A stretch of 63,860 bases of DNA, counting the filler, from Atractiella rhizophila (lineage: Eukaryota), in the NCBI GenBank assembly GCA_021432655.1. It is 4 parts of 4 records of this genome, joined end to end, with 100 filler letters (N's around TTAATTAATTAA, not from the genome) between each part and the next. Parts side by side here need not be neighbours in the genome. Positions count along the whole stretch, not along the records: positions 1 to 25,399 come from MU271362.1; 3 more parts are not named here. One strand, written 5' to 3'. Positions 1 through 12,199 of the stretch are shown here, piece by piece. The notes below the pieces were generated by a model. It saw nothing but the letters and a program-made list of their open reading frames with translations, made no database searches and was not told where the DNA came from. Both the position numbers and the translations under genes were made by a program. Positions within the stretch are counted from its first letter, which is position 1; each line of letters begins with the position of its first letter.

Positions 1-105
1 CTACGGCAAGCTTGCATTTCCGACCTTCTTCACTTGCGCACGAAAACATCGACAATCTTCTTAGTCACTCACGACGCGTCTTACGTAGTCTGCGTGACCC
101 TCGCC

Positions 106-2807
106 ATGGACAACCCCCAACCGACAGAATCCTCACGCGCGATACCCATCAAAGGGCTACGGCGCATCAAGTTCAAGCCACCCGCTCCCCCAACAGCAGG
201 CAAGGATGGTTCGACCTCGACGACTCTGTCTCCTCAGGAGTCATCTGCCCTGGGAAGTTCTAGCGCTGGTGCTGGTGCTGGCGGGATCTGGCGGCGGCGG
301 TGGGTTGAAGATCAAGCTCAAGCTTCCCTCCCAGACAGTCCACTCAGACTCAACCCCTCCCTGTTGTGGGACCCTCCTCTCCTTCTGCCGGTCAAGTTCT
401 CTCTTCAGCGCAGGCAGCACCGGCAGTAGGTGTGGAGGAGAAGAAGCCGAAGAAGATCAAGTTGACGGTTGGGAAGAAGCGGAAGGCGACGGAGGAGATG
501 GATGATGCGCAAGCGCAGGGTGGAGAGGGAGAGGGAGCGAGGGAGAGTAAGAAGTTGAAGGTCAGGTTGGAGAGAGTGGATAAAGCGGAGCCTGTTTATG
601 GACCTAGTGGGAGGGAAGTGGATGATAGGACTGGGTGGATGAGAGGCGACGGACCTGTGAGTTTCTCCTTTTCCCTCTTTCTTTCGTTTTTTGGGGAGGT
701 TACTTTCATGACTTGAGGAACGTGTCCTTTCGTATGCTGCATTGCTATCCTATTTCTGGGCACCAACATCCATTCCTACTGTTGCAGCAAATACACTTCC
801 CTCCTGTCTAGTTCCATCTGACATTCCTATCATGCAACAGGGAATGATCCCCAAGTACCTGTCTATACTCAAGGCACTCCGTTCCGAAACATTCGAAGAC
901 CGTCAGCTCGCCGCTCCACTCATCTCTCTCCCGGATCCAGCAGCGAACCCATCCTACTACGTCCAGATCTCCGATCCCATTTCACTAGACCAAATCGAGG
1001 TTTGTTTTCCCTTCCTCCCTATGCTTTATAACTGACGAAATGATGTGACACAGACCAACGTCAACAACCAAGCCTATCCCACAGCAGAATCATTCGACCG
1101 CGACCTCCACCGTCTCTTCAAGAACGCGCGACTGGAGCACGCTCCCCCCTCCCCCTTATACGGCGACATCCTCGCGCTCCAACGGCGGTATCACGAATTG
1201 ACGAAGGTTCCGAACGTGGGAGGGAAGAAGGAATGGACGATGGAGGATACGACGGGACTGGAGAGCGTGAAGATGAAGGGAGAGCAGTTGAGGGTCGGGG
1301 ATTGGATTCATGTGGCGAACCATGAGAATCCTGCGAAGCCGACTATTGCGCAGGTTTATGCGACGTATAAGAGGACGGAGTATGTTTTTTTTTGCGTTCC
1401 AATTGTTCAAGGAAGTACTGAAGGATGATGGTGTGATGTGGATAGTGGACAACGGTGCCTTTCCGTTTGTTGGTTCTTTCGCCCAGAGGAAACGATGCAC
1501 AATGCATCTCGCACCTTCTACGAAAACGAAGTGTTCAAGACGAGCAACATTGTCGAGATAGTGTATGCATTCCTGTCCTCATCCCAAACGGAACTAACTC
1601 TTCCTATGACATGACATGGACAGGGCGGACGACTTCATTGCTCGCTGTTTCGTCATGTTCATCTCCTACTACGTCCGCGGCAGGCCCAAGAAACCTCTAT
1701 GGGAGCCGGGGATGGACGTTTACGTGTGCGAACACAAGTACATTGACAAGAGCAAGAGCTTCAGTAGGATCAAGAATTGGGCAGGACAGATGCCGGAGGA
1801 AGGGAAGCTGGCACAAACTGAATGTACGTCTCCTCTCTCCTCTCTCTGTCAGCGACATTCGTGCTGATGGGACACATTATGTAGACGAGATGGACCTGTT
1901 CCCTGCTCCGGCGAAGCTGAAGAAATACAAGTCGCCATTCGCTCCTGGTGGTGCAGTCAATGTTGGATCCGTCACGTACACAGGAGAAGATGCCGTCCTG
2001 GCTGCTACTTCAGCTTTGAGCCCTACCATGCCCGCAGACATCCCATCCTCATCCGTTCCAGCCCAATCTGTTCCCATCACCGTTTCAGCTTCCACTCCAA
2101 CGATTCAAGAATCCATCGCAGCTCAGCCGCCCATGCCTGCAACTCCAACTGCGTTAACGACACAACAACAAAAGGGACCGAAAATCAAACTCCCAGCGAG
2201 GACCATGAGCTCTCTCGGGTTCTCTAACTCTCCAGTACCCCAATCACAATCGCAGCCCCAACCTCCCTCGACCCCGGTATCCGTACCATCGACGCCTCCC
2301 GCTCTACAACCCCAAACTCCATACCAACAACGTCCCCGTCCAGCCTCATCATCGGCAACAGCGACTTCGACATACGCCGCCCACTCGTCTCATCCACAGC
2401 AACAATCGCACCCGCAACCCCGTCAAGCTCCACGACCGTCAGTGCTCCAAAACGCAATTTGGTGGAGACCTCCCCGTCCCTCACCCAACAACCCCGCCCT
2501 CGCCACCGCCTCCAAGAAGACGCACCGACAAAGCGTCGCCCAAGCCGCCGCGGACGCGTTCCGTGCCCAAGGCGGGAAGTGGCAGGAGGTGCCGGAGGAG
2601 ATCGCGGAGAAGGTGAGGAGGGACGATGAGGGGAGAGTGATTTGGTTTCCCACCATTGAACTCGGCGGAGGATTGGAGGAGAGAGTTTTGAGGGGTGGGA
2701 AGGGACATTCGCTTGAGTATCTGGTTTGGTTGGCGAAGAAGTATGGGAGGAAGGATGGGGAGACGGTGGAGAGGGAAACGATGCAGGAAATGCAGGTTGA
2801 TGCCTAA
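106..2807 (+). CDS. RSC1/RSC2/polybromo-like chromatin remodelling subunit (bromodomain + BAH domain), multi-exon
   Basis: Bromodomain pieces (LPDPAANPSYYVQISDPISLDQIE; YPTAESFDRDLHRLFKNAR) and BAH pieces (LRVGDWIHVANHENPAKPTIAQV; RCFVMFISYYVRGRP...VYVCEHKY...FSRIKNW), with GT-AG introns between them. Two apparent frameshifts near 285 and 365. Confidence 0.85.
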
Positions 2808-3064
2808 TTGTTCTATCGACTGGCAATATCCATCATGAGTTCAATCCAAACACATTACGTGCCTGTAGAAGGACAGAAATTGTTCCGAACCTTAGCTTTT
2901 GACAGATGACAGATTACACAGACGCAGATGATAAGAAATGAGCGGCATTTCCCTTGACACTTTTTCAGTTTCACTTTAGCAGACTTGAATTTCCAAAATC
3001 TAACATGAACATGGATAGAGACGTAGAGAAGGGTGCGTTGATTCCCTCTTGTTGATCTCAGCAG

Positions 3065-4500
3065 GTGTTTATGCAGTGGACAGGAGGGTCTCATGAGAAA
3101 GCGACTGCTGAACTAGTATCGCTTCCACCCGAAATAATTTTTCAAATAGTCCGGCACCTCTCCAAAGATGATGTACTTCCATTTTGTCTCACGAACCAAT
3201 ATCTCTGTGCTGTTACACGACAGCGAATTTGGCACAGTATCAGCGTCCGTGTCGACACTTATTCGCTCGAAAAAATTGAAGATGCCGTTTCTTTCCACCG
3301 CTGGATATCACAACCTTCAATTCTACCGTTGGTACGAAGGCTCTACGCCTCTGGTTCACGGAAGCCGAATGACGTTATGGGAAAATCCAGCATCGAACTG
3401 GTCTCTCTGCAAGAATTGAAAATCGCCCTCTTCTGCTATAGTGGACTGGAAAATTGTGTTGAAAGTCAACTCGAATGGCTTCAAGATTTGATTTCCGCTG
3501 CTTTCGAAAAGAAGACCCTGCGCGTCCTCCTCCTATCTTGCATCCCTCAAGGTGCATTCCCTCCCACTTCTCAGAGCCGCACCATCCGATCTCTCTTCGT
3601 CTCGAAATCGGAATACTCCTTCATCAAACCTTTGATTCTCGCCCTTCCAAATCTCAGGCATCTCAAGCTAGCAAACAACAAATCAAACCTCGTTACATCT
3701 TCTCATCAGCCGTCTGGATCCCTCGCATGGATAGGCAATGAACTATTCATGCGGCCATTGGAGTGTCTAGAACTGGACCACGTCGCACGAGCAGAAATGC
3801 ATGATATTTTGCAAGCTTTCGATGTTAGTTTTCTTCCTTCGTTACATTCCAACCAGGATCTAGATTAACAACTGCGACTATAGGAATTCGATGCCCCTGG
3901 CTCGCTAGAAAGGCTCTCCATCGATTGTACCTCTCTCAACCCAAGCGATATAACCTCCGTTTTACGAACATTTTCTGGTCGCCTTCCAGAACTTCGGTCT
4001 TTTGAACTCCTCAACATTCCTAAGCGGGAAACAGAAGAAATGGGGTACGGGCTCTTTGGGAGCATAGCCGTAGCTTTTCCGATGCTTGCACACTTGAAAA
4101 TTCATAGGGGAGCCTTTGGTATGCTTAGATGGACTGGAGATTTGGTGCGTCGGACCTTCCTCTACCGACGAGACAGTGACCCTGGTGCAATCTCAAGAGG
4201 ATATACGCGCAAGAGCTGTCGATCCTCAAATATCTCACCTCCCTAAACCTGTGAGTTAATTCCGCTCGCAGGCACTCCTACCTTACCCCTTTATGTTCAA
4301 AGCAACTACTCCGACGGCGATCACGCACCTGGTCGCTCAAGCGATGCTTTGATTTTTGGACAAGTGCTCCCTACCTTGCGCTTTGTAACGTTTGATGTAA
4401 GCCTCTCTTTCTCGGTACTGTTCACTGGATCACAATGCTAGATAGGGAGGCGCAATCTTCAGCGGGTACGATATAGTAACATACGAGTTGAAGAAAATTA
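3065..4500 (+). CDS. F-box protein with LRR-like C-terminal region, multi-exon (ends approximate)
   Basis: F-box motif LVSLPPEIIFQIVRHLSKDDVLPFCLTNQYL, followed by LPNLRHLKL, LPELRSFEL and FPMLAHLKI repeats. Confidence 0.7.
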
Positions 4501-4947
4501 GAGCTCGAACGCGCAGGAGGAGTTCTCGTCCCCTTCTTCATCAGGAGGTTGGTAGCACTGAGGAGATCGGGGGGACATGGATCGTGATAGCAGAAGAAGT
4601 TCCGGTCGAGAGCAAACAGCATTATTATGAGCGATATCTCTCTGAAAAGGATGAAGCTAGTTGAAGGGTATGTCCCTCAGCTCATCACGCGAACTTCAAG
4701 TTCACACGAGGCACTCTCGGCCTCATGTTGTCATTTGTGTGCGTGAGAAGGAGCAATGATCAAACTTGCTCAACGTGGCATGACTTTGAGCAGTGTTTTA
4801 TATCTGCGTTTGAGAAAACGATCTCTAGGGACGGAGGGAGAAAAACGTGTCAATCCACCGTCAAAAAAACGGTTTCGTTGATCTTAGAACTCGAAATTTT
4901 AGCCTACTGTTTTTCTGACCTGCCAAACCTCTGCAGCTGGGAGGGAG

Positions 4948-5913
4948 GTGGGGATGGAGAGTGCGCCAGCCGTGATGACCTTGAAAACTGGGACTAAAGT
5001 CACCAGGGGATCTTCTTTCGACAACGAGTTTTGGACAATGAGTGATTGCGAGATCGACGTTGACTCGGCGGTGGATATGACGGGTATAGGAAACTTGGAG
5101 GCGTTGGAATCGTTGGAGCTGCTCGGGGGCACATCTTCCATGTCGTCGTTCCCCTCGGCCTATCCCACCTCTTATCCTATTCAAAATCAACAGGGCTACA
5201 TGTTTCCGCCACCAACGATGCAATACCTACCCTTCACGCCGTTTGGATATGTCGCCCAACCTGGTATTTTTTTCCAATATCCTGCTTTGCAGACAGTCGC
5301 ACCTCATTCCGCTCCAGCGCATGTTCAAAGTTTCGTCCTGCCATCGCCTCGAGCGCAACCCCAAACGCTCCAACGAGACGTGCCAGTATACGCACAGGAA
5401 GAATGGAACGAAGCTGCCGCTGCTCTCGATCTCAGTATGCTAGGTACACCTCAGCCAGTCTCTGGAGGCGAGAACGAGATCACTCGACCGAGCACTGCGC
5501 CACTGCGAGGAACGCCAGTCCATTCTTCTGTCCCTACACTGGACTGGCTCCAAATAGACCCATACTCTTCTTCTCCTCCAGCCCCTCCGTCTCCAAGCAA
5601 GTCCCCACGGCCGCGCAGACGTTCCAACTCCAATTTGAGGCAGGCGAAGAGCAATCCTAACTTTGGACACGGAAAGGGTGTTCCCACGAAGTTGGTGGAG
5701 ACCAAGACGGTAGATGACAATGGAACGACTTGGGTCAATTTTACAGCTAGGGATGCGAGGGAGATTATGGGTGGAGTGGCACCGAGCGGAGCGTCGAAGA
5801 GGAGGAAGAAGGAAGAGAGGGAGAGGGAACGTGAGAGGTTGGAGAAAGAGAGGCTGGAGAGGGAAAGGGAGAAGAATAAAAGGCGAATCAAGAAGAGAAT
5901 GAGCATGGGTTGA
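4948..5913 (+). CDS. WetA/ESC1-related developmental regulator-like protein
   Basis: C-terminal TWVNFTARDAREIMGGVAPSGASKRRKKEE matches the WetA C-terminal motif (FVNFT..D...il.GVAPSG.SK) and is followed by a basic coiled coil. Confidence 0.7.
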   Translation: MGMESAPAVMTLKTGTKVTRGSSFDNEFWTMSDCEIDVDSAVDMTGIGNLEALESLELLGGTSSMSSFPSAYPTSYPIQNQQGYMFPPPTMQYLPFTPFGYVAQPGIFFQYPALQTVAPHSAPAHVQSFVLPSPRAQPQTLQRDVPVYAQEEWNEAAAALDLSMLGTPQPVSGGENEITRPSTAPLRGTPVHSSVPTLDWLQIDPYSSSPPAPPSPSKSPRPRRRSNSNLRQAKSNPNFGHGKGVPTKLVETKTVDDNGTTWVNFTARDAREIMGGVAPSGASKRRKKEERERERERLEKERLEREREKNKRRIKKRMSMG

Positions 5914-6118
5914 TGATTACTCTCACAAAACGGATAAATTGTTGCTTTTGTTTACTTTGAATTTCGGTCACTTTAACATTTTGGTCTGGTTGATATATTT
6001 TGCAGTTTATAATTACATGAACAATCTTGGTTGTTAGGCTGGAATGCATACTGATCTATGACGCTCTCTAGGTCCGGAATCGGGGCGACAGCTTACAGCG
6101 CAGGGAAAAAGGCTGTCA

Positions 6119-7162
6119 CTAATGCACCCTTGCCTCCTGCAGCATCAACTCGACGTTCCAAAGAATTCCATTTTCTCCTTCTATATTGATGTCGACCCGT
6201 CGTGAGTCCACGTTGTCATCATCTAAGCAATTGGATGACGAAACCAGCTCCCCCATCTTCGTCTTCCTCTCATCTATCAAACGCAGGCATGAATCGATGA
6301 GCACAGCACGCAGAGGGAATAGGAACGGACTGAGATTCCACTTGAGCCCTTTTGTTGTGAGGACCGTTTCCCCCTGCACGGGTATGAGTCCGATGGTTGG
6401 ATTCGGGGCAAAAGAATTTGTTTCTTCCCTCGAAGGGAACATGAAAGTATGCTTTCCCTATAGTACGCTTCCTGTTAAATACTCGAGCAAGCGGAGGAGG
6501 AGGATGGACAGACTCTGCGCATAAAACAGGCCAGATTTGGCGGATCAACGACCCAGATCTCTCTATCGTCCGCGTGTTCCATCCAGGCAAGAAAGGAGAT
6601 GGTGCTCAAAGTCTGGTCCAGTCTCCCGCTTAGTCCTCCAAAAATGACGAGCGCGTATTTATCTGTTGCATTTTCGCTCTTCTCCTGGGACAGGAGAGCC
6701 TTCCACGCTTTTCCCAAGTCGGTAGAGTCTTGGTCTGGATCTCGTACCACCGGAACGGAGATGGAGTGAAAGTATTGTTCCGAGACTGGTAGGAGGGAAT
6801 CGAGGTCACCTATTACTAGGTTAGGCCGAGGCGAACTGTCTATGAGATCAGAAAGGAAAGGTAGAGGAGGAACCACACACTTAGGAGAAGTCCCAAAAGC
6901 GTCAATCAACCGATTGCCGCCACCGTCAACGCAGTACACCAAGCTATCAGGCAAATAAAGCTGTGAGTACTAAACGCGGAGAACTGTTGATGAAGACGAA
7001 CCTGGAGGTGTCCAATAGATGAACGAGCAGCGGTTTGGAGGAGATTGAGATTGGGGTGTTGAGGATGAATAAGGCGAATTTTGGTGGTCTAGGGACGAAC
7101 ACAGGCTGGGAAGACTCTGTGGGAAGGAGAAACGAAGGGTTCCACTGGCGTGAGCGAGACAT
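6119..7162 (-). CDS. THI80: Thiamine pyrophosphokinase, multi-exon
   Basis: Motifs FALFILNTPI, CVDGGGNRL, VIGDLDS, DQDSTDLGKA, FGGLSGRLDQT, TTKGLKWNL, GELVSSSN. Confidence 0.93.
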
Positions 7163-7544
7163 CGACTATACCAGCGATGACAAACTTCATCAGTAAAATG
7201 GCACATTTCCTCCATCGAAGTCCCGGAGGGGCAAGGAGGTCTCGCACCTCTAGGAGTTCACCTCGGGATCTGTGAACCTCCCGGTGGCATGGACACTTCT
7301 TGTCCTCCTCTGCCTCCCTGCCTCCGCACTCCTCCTGGAGTTTAATACTTTTTCCAGGCGGTTATCACCAGATGAAGCATACTCGTCCCATAATTGCACT
7401 GTTCACTTCTATCCTCTGCTGAAAGCACTGCTACCAAGCATGATAAATATAAACATGAAATTTAATCACAAAGAATCTATATACAGCTTGGTCCTCTAGG
7501 TCTGCATCTGAAGGTTGAAGTTGTAAGAAAGAGACGAACCCTGT

Positions 7545-8122
7545 TACTCTTCCCAATCGCTCTTGATCGTGTAGTTGGCATCCAAATCGTCCTCATCGTC
7601 CTCAGGCTGATGCAGTTGCCCTTTCCTCACCGCAAAGTCGTACAGATCCTTTTGGATTCTTTCGGAACTACCTAGTTCCGTAGATTTTTCTTCAATGTCG
7701 TACACTTCTTCTTCCAAGAGCTAGACAGAGCAGGAAGCCATCCAAGATGCAATCCTTATGCAAGCCAAACAAGCTTTTCCATCTGGACAAAGAATAAAGA
7801 CTCCATCCTTGGTCTCAGGAGGCAAAAAGGACCAGAAAATTCGCAAACATTCACGAAAGATCTCTTTGCAGTGGAGAATAAAAAGGTCAGTATCATACTC
7901 TTGTTTATCTGCTGCCCATGTAGTAAATACTCCTGTAAATGAACACATAGGAAGATTATACACACTGTAAGGAATGGGAATCAAACTGCAGAATACATTT
8001 ACCCCCAATTTTGAGCTTTGATGCAAGTAGTTGGAGTGTCTAAGGAGGGAGATCACCAATGGCCAAAATTCAGCATTCCTTTTCATAGAAGGGACGATTG
8101 TTTTATCTGAAGATCCTTGCAT
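7545..8122 (-). pseudogene. Decayed ORF 3' end, unknown family
   Basis: The ORF at 7721-8122 continues in frame past a TAG into an acidic tail (LLEEEVYDIEEK...EDDEDDLDANYTIKSDWEE*). Confidence 0.35.
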
Positions 8123-8578
8123 AGTAATTTAAGTTGCGCCATTTGGAAGCTTTTTCTAGGATCAAGCGTCGGACGGAGGTGCTTGACCAAAATGCGAGCA
8201 ATTTGCTTACCTACTACTCCCATGCCCAGTTTTCTGAAAATGCCTCAGAATAAACATAGCCTCTTAATTAGTTGAACTCTCAATAGGTTGCATAAGTTGT
8301 ATCCTGTTCATAGGCCAGATTTCCAAATAGAAAGGTAACAATGTCAAAGATGTTGCAAAAGTAGAAAGTGGCATTCCTTTTTCAAGTTGGAGGGATCCAT
8401 GAGGCATAGGGTAAATGATCAAGGGAGATTGTTACTTTATGCCATTGTACTCGGCGTATCAAAGACTGTTCAAGGTTATTAAATATTTGATGATGATTTC
8501 AAAAAGGTGCAGGGACATTTCTGTAGAGATGTCTAGCAAATAAATCAAGCGTCGACCGGCCTCTGAGCTCAGATTCAA

Positions 8579-9304
8579 TGTAATGGTTAAGCCATATACA
8601 TGATAGGAGATACCGGAACCTTCTGGAACCTCTTAGAACAGTCTAGAACATTACTCTAGAATATGGTAGAACAGTCTAGAACATTCTCTGAATAACCCTA
8701 TCTGCCTGTTAGGGCTGACGCTATGTGCGGTCGCCGACGGGCGATGCGTCTGTAGTGAAGATAAATCTAAGAGCATGATTATGACATGAAGACTAACCTG
8801 TAGTGGAGATAAACCTAAGAGAATACTCTAAGGTCACCTCCACTACTCTCCAATCTATATTTACAAGTGGAATAACACTGCCACAGAGTGTAGAGGAGAG
8901 CAGATGAAACATGTAAGAGAACTAAAAGGGGAAGTGACAGTGGGATTATGCGGAGTTAATAAGAGGAGGATAGGCACAATTGGGCTAAGTGGCGATGTAG
9001 GTGCAAATGGGCGACGGGAGACGCAGTGGCGACGGGCGCCGATTCGCGTAAGATGCAAACCTGACACCTACTTCTTCAGCACATTCCAGAGACTGGATCA
9101 ACATCTCTACAACCAACCCTTCGAACCTCTTGTATACATTTCATCTTATAGCACTTCTTCAGAATAACATAAGGATAATCGACAACCAACGACGTCAAGT
9201 TTTGTGCCTAGGTTACAAAAGGATTGTTGTTTGAACCTAGTGTGAAAGAGATCAAAGGACATAAACTTTGTATAGTCTAGTCGTGAAACCTTCTAACTGT
9301 TACA
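8579..9304. mobile_element. Solo LTR (about 366 bp once the nested insert is removed) with 5-bp TSD TTCAA
   Basis: Starts TGTAATGGTTA and ends TAACTGTTACA (TG...CA, imperfect inverted ends). Flanked by TTCAA at 8574-8578 and 9305-9309. Internal TCTAGAACA-type short repeats at 8615-8690. Confidence 0.8.
8707..9066 (+). mobile_element. Solo LTR-like element, family B copy 1, nested in the LTR above
   Basis: TGTTAGGG...CCTGACA termini. The first ~150 bp align with the reverse complement of 20090-20242. No clean TSD. Confidence 0.7.
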
Positions 9305-12199
9305 TTCAACTTGACGATAAATTTTGTCAGCTTAGCTTCAAACTGTGAAGTAAAGGGGAAGTAAGGGTTGTTGAGTCGAAGTTTATTTTGCTCTTTCTGC
9401 ATCTCTAAGAGATGACATAGTGTCGGAAAAATAGAGCCTGCAACAAAAGGTCAGAGAAGAACCATGCATGTTGCGCGGAATAAATGTCTCACCTGCTTCA
9501 GAAAGTATTGAAGTAGACATTGCTCTGAAGATGGCTTCAGAGCCTCACCTGTGGCATTTGACTGCTGAAAAGCCCCAAACAAAAGTGTTTCATTTGTGGG
9601 AGCCAATGGGACTTTGTCAAGAGCAAGTTTGCTCCAAATGCAGTGGAGTCTGATTCAATAGGTGGGAAATTGCGAGAGGGAGTAGTTGTGGTTTGGAAGA
9701 GTGCTTGTGCATGATCTGAATCAAGATATCTCTCATTCTCTAGCTGTTACAGTTGTTGCTCTTCATGCTTGTGATTGAAGTGCAGGCTGATCAAAGCTTC
9801 TTTTGCAGCCTGGAAAGTTGCAAGGATATCTCTTGTTTGAGAGAGAAGGTATATCTGAGGTCTGAAGTGATATTAAACCAGCACTTTATTCTGAGGAGCT
9901 TAAGTATTTGACATAACACAAACTGTAAAACATAATTTCCCTCACTCATGAAGTGTATGCCATAAAAATAGCCATGGATGCACAATGACCACAAGCCAGT
10001 CAGGAAGCATCTTTGAAAGCTTGGCAGGGATAATAGTTGAAGGTGGTTACTTTTATCTCTACATTCTTTGCCTTAAAGACATCTCATTGGGTTGAGAACA
10101 ATAACCTGCTGGCTATGAAGAGGGAGCACAAAAGTTAGATCGTTATGATTGAACTAACTCAAACTGTTATGAACATAGACGGATAGATGCAGTAATATAA
10201 TGGGCAAAGAATGATAGTAGTTAATAATTGAGCAAACTTGAGAATGTGCTATATCTAATAAATGCTACTAAGGAATGTATTAAAATGGCAATAACATCTA
10301 AGATGGGAAATTTAATAATGTAGGCTTAAATGTAAGAGAAGTTAACCTCTTGATTCTCCCTCCTATAATGTGTCTTGCATGTACAACAGTATGGGCGGGC
10401 CTTATCACATGTCACCTTCCTTGCTCAACAAGTGTGACAAGAGGTGCCTTTCTTCGCCAGTCTGCTTTCTGTGGAAGAAGGAAATGGCTTAGAGATCAGG
10501 GAAAAAAAGAGGGGAGGTCACCATATTAGACTTGTGACGGCTAAGGGGTTTAGGAGGAAGGGTTGTATTGCAACTGACTCTAGCTATGGTGTAGCTCTCA
10601 GCAAGAAGGATGCTTGAGAGGAATAACAGACCTTGTTGCAACCCTTCTTTGGTCAGGATTTGGAGGCACAAATAGGATGGACTGGACCAGATGCATCAGG
10701 TTTCCAGTCCCAAATAGTCTATGTTCTGTCTGTGTTTGTCATGCAGAGTTCTAGGATTGGGTCCTTAACCTTGATTTCATTATACGGCACAACCTTGATT
10801 CGTTGGAGAATTGAACTGGGGATTTGACTAAGGTCAGGACCAATTAAGACATTCTTTGAGCATCAGTAGCGGGCATTAAAGCGACCATTGCAGCGGTGAC
10901 CTATTGAGTATTCGTTGACCACCTCATGATTGCACTTGTTGCATCTCCGTATCCATCCTGACTTACTCTGTTGCTCCATCAGCTCATTATCTCCTCAGAA
11001 GTAAAAAGAACTCACCACTCCCATTAGCTCAACAACCACTTTGACCCATTATGATGACCGTTGGATGGAAGGGGGAGAGGGGCAGAGTGAACTTTGATGA
11101 GGAGCAGAGGAGTGCTTGGTTTTCAAGCCAGTCGATGTAAGACTGTCAGGGTTCGAGCCCCTGATATAGCTTAAGTACAGACCAAGATGGATATAAACAC
11201 CCATCATTAGCTCTTTTAGTTCAGTTGGTTAGCTGTTGGTCTGCAGCCATCCTGCCACAGACGCATCTATTTGGTGAAAGAATCTCTGTCCCAAGTTTGG
11301 TGATAGGCTACTGATAAATAGAAACCAACACGATTGACAGTGGACAGAGTTAAGGATGTCTTCAGCAAGTATTGAGTTGAGGCCACTTGGAATGTCTTCA
11401 ATCTGAAAATTCATTACTTTGAACATGGAATAAGCATATAAAACACACTGTCGGATGAACTCAGGGTTCGCTGAGTTGATCATGATTTTCTTCATCTGAG
11501 CAGAGAGAATGTTGTCCTTGGAGAAGCTCAGGGGATGACACTCATGGAAGGAATCTGTATTTGCTGTGAATTTCTCCTCAGGTGACCTACTCATGCATCA
11601 GAACAGAAGGCATCAGCTACCAAAGAACATACAAGAAAAATGTTGCTTTCAGATGAGTTGCATCAATCGATGTGCTTTGTTGCCAGATAAGAGAAAGCAT
11701 GTAGGGCAGCAGTTCAAATGCTGAATCGGAGGAGGGCATAGGTTAATTATAGAGGAGACTGCCCTCTTATAGGTGGAGGAAACGAAGCGCCCACTCATCG
11801 TCTCCTACTCTGATACCTTTTGGAGCAGGTATGTGATAGGCAACCACTCTTTCTTATATTCTCCTTGTACTCCTTTATGAGCACATTTATTTAATCTATT
11901 TACTTTTCACTCTCATGCCATCAGTGCTCGCTGCTTAGACCTTGTTGAAGCTATGATCCTAATCAGATGGAACAGTGGGTAAGAGCAATGAATATTGTGA
12001 TCTTGCTGGACATTGCTTCTCTCCAACAATTGCTCTGGTCAATGGCGTCCACAGCGGACATTGTAAGCGACTTTTTCTTCAGAATAGAGAACTGGATCAG
12101 GCATTGATAGAGCGATAGAGTCTACCTAGCATTTCCTTTGAGAGCTATATCCACATTGAGAGACCGTACAATCCCATCGACCAGAAGGTTTTCTTCTGT

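Noticed and set aside
6119..7270. Possible TPP riboswitch at the thiamine pyrophosphokinase gene
   Set aside because: I could not find the conserved aptamer segments in the introns or upstream region.
11144..11166. TGTCAGGG-N7-CCCTGATA mini inverted repeat resembling LTR family B ends
   Set aside because: Too short to separate from chance, and no TSD.
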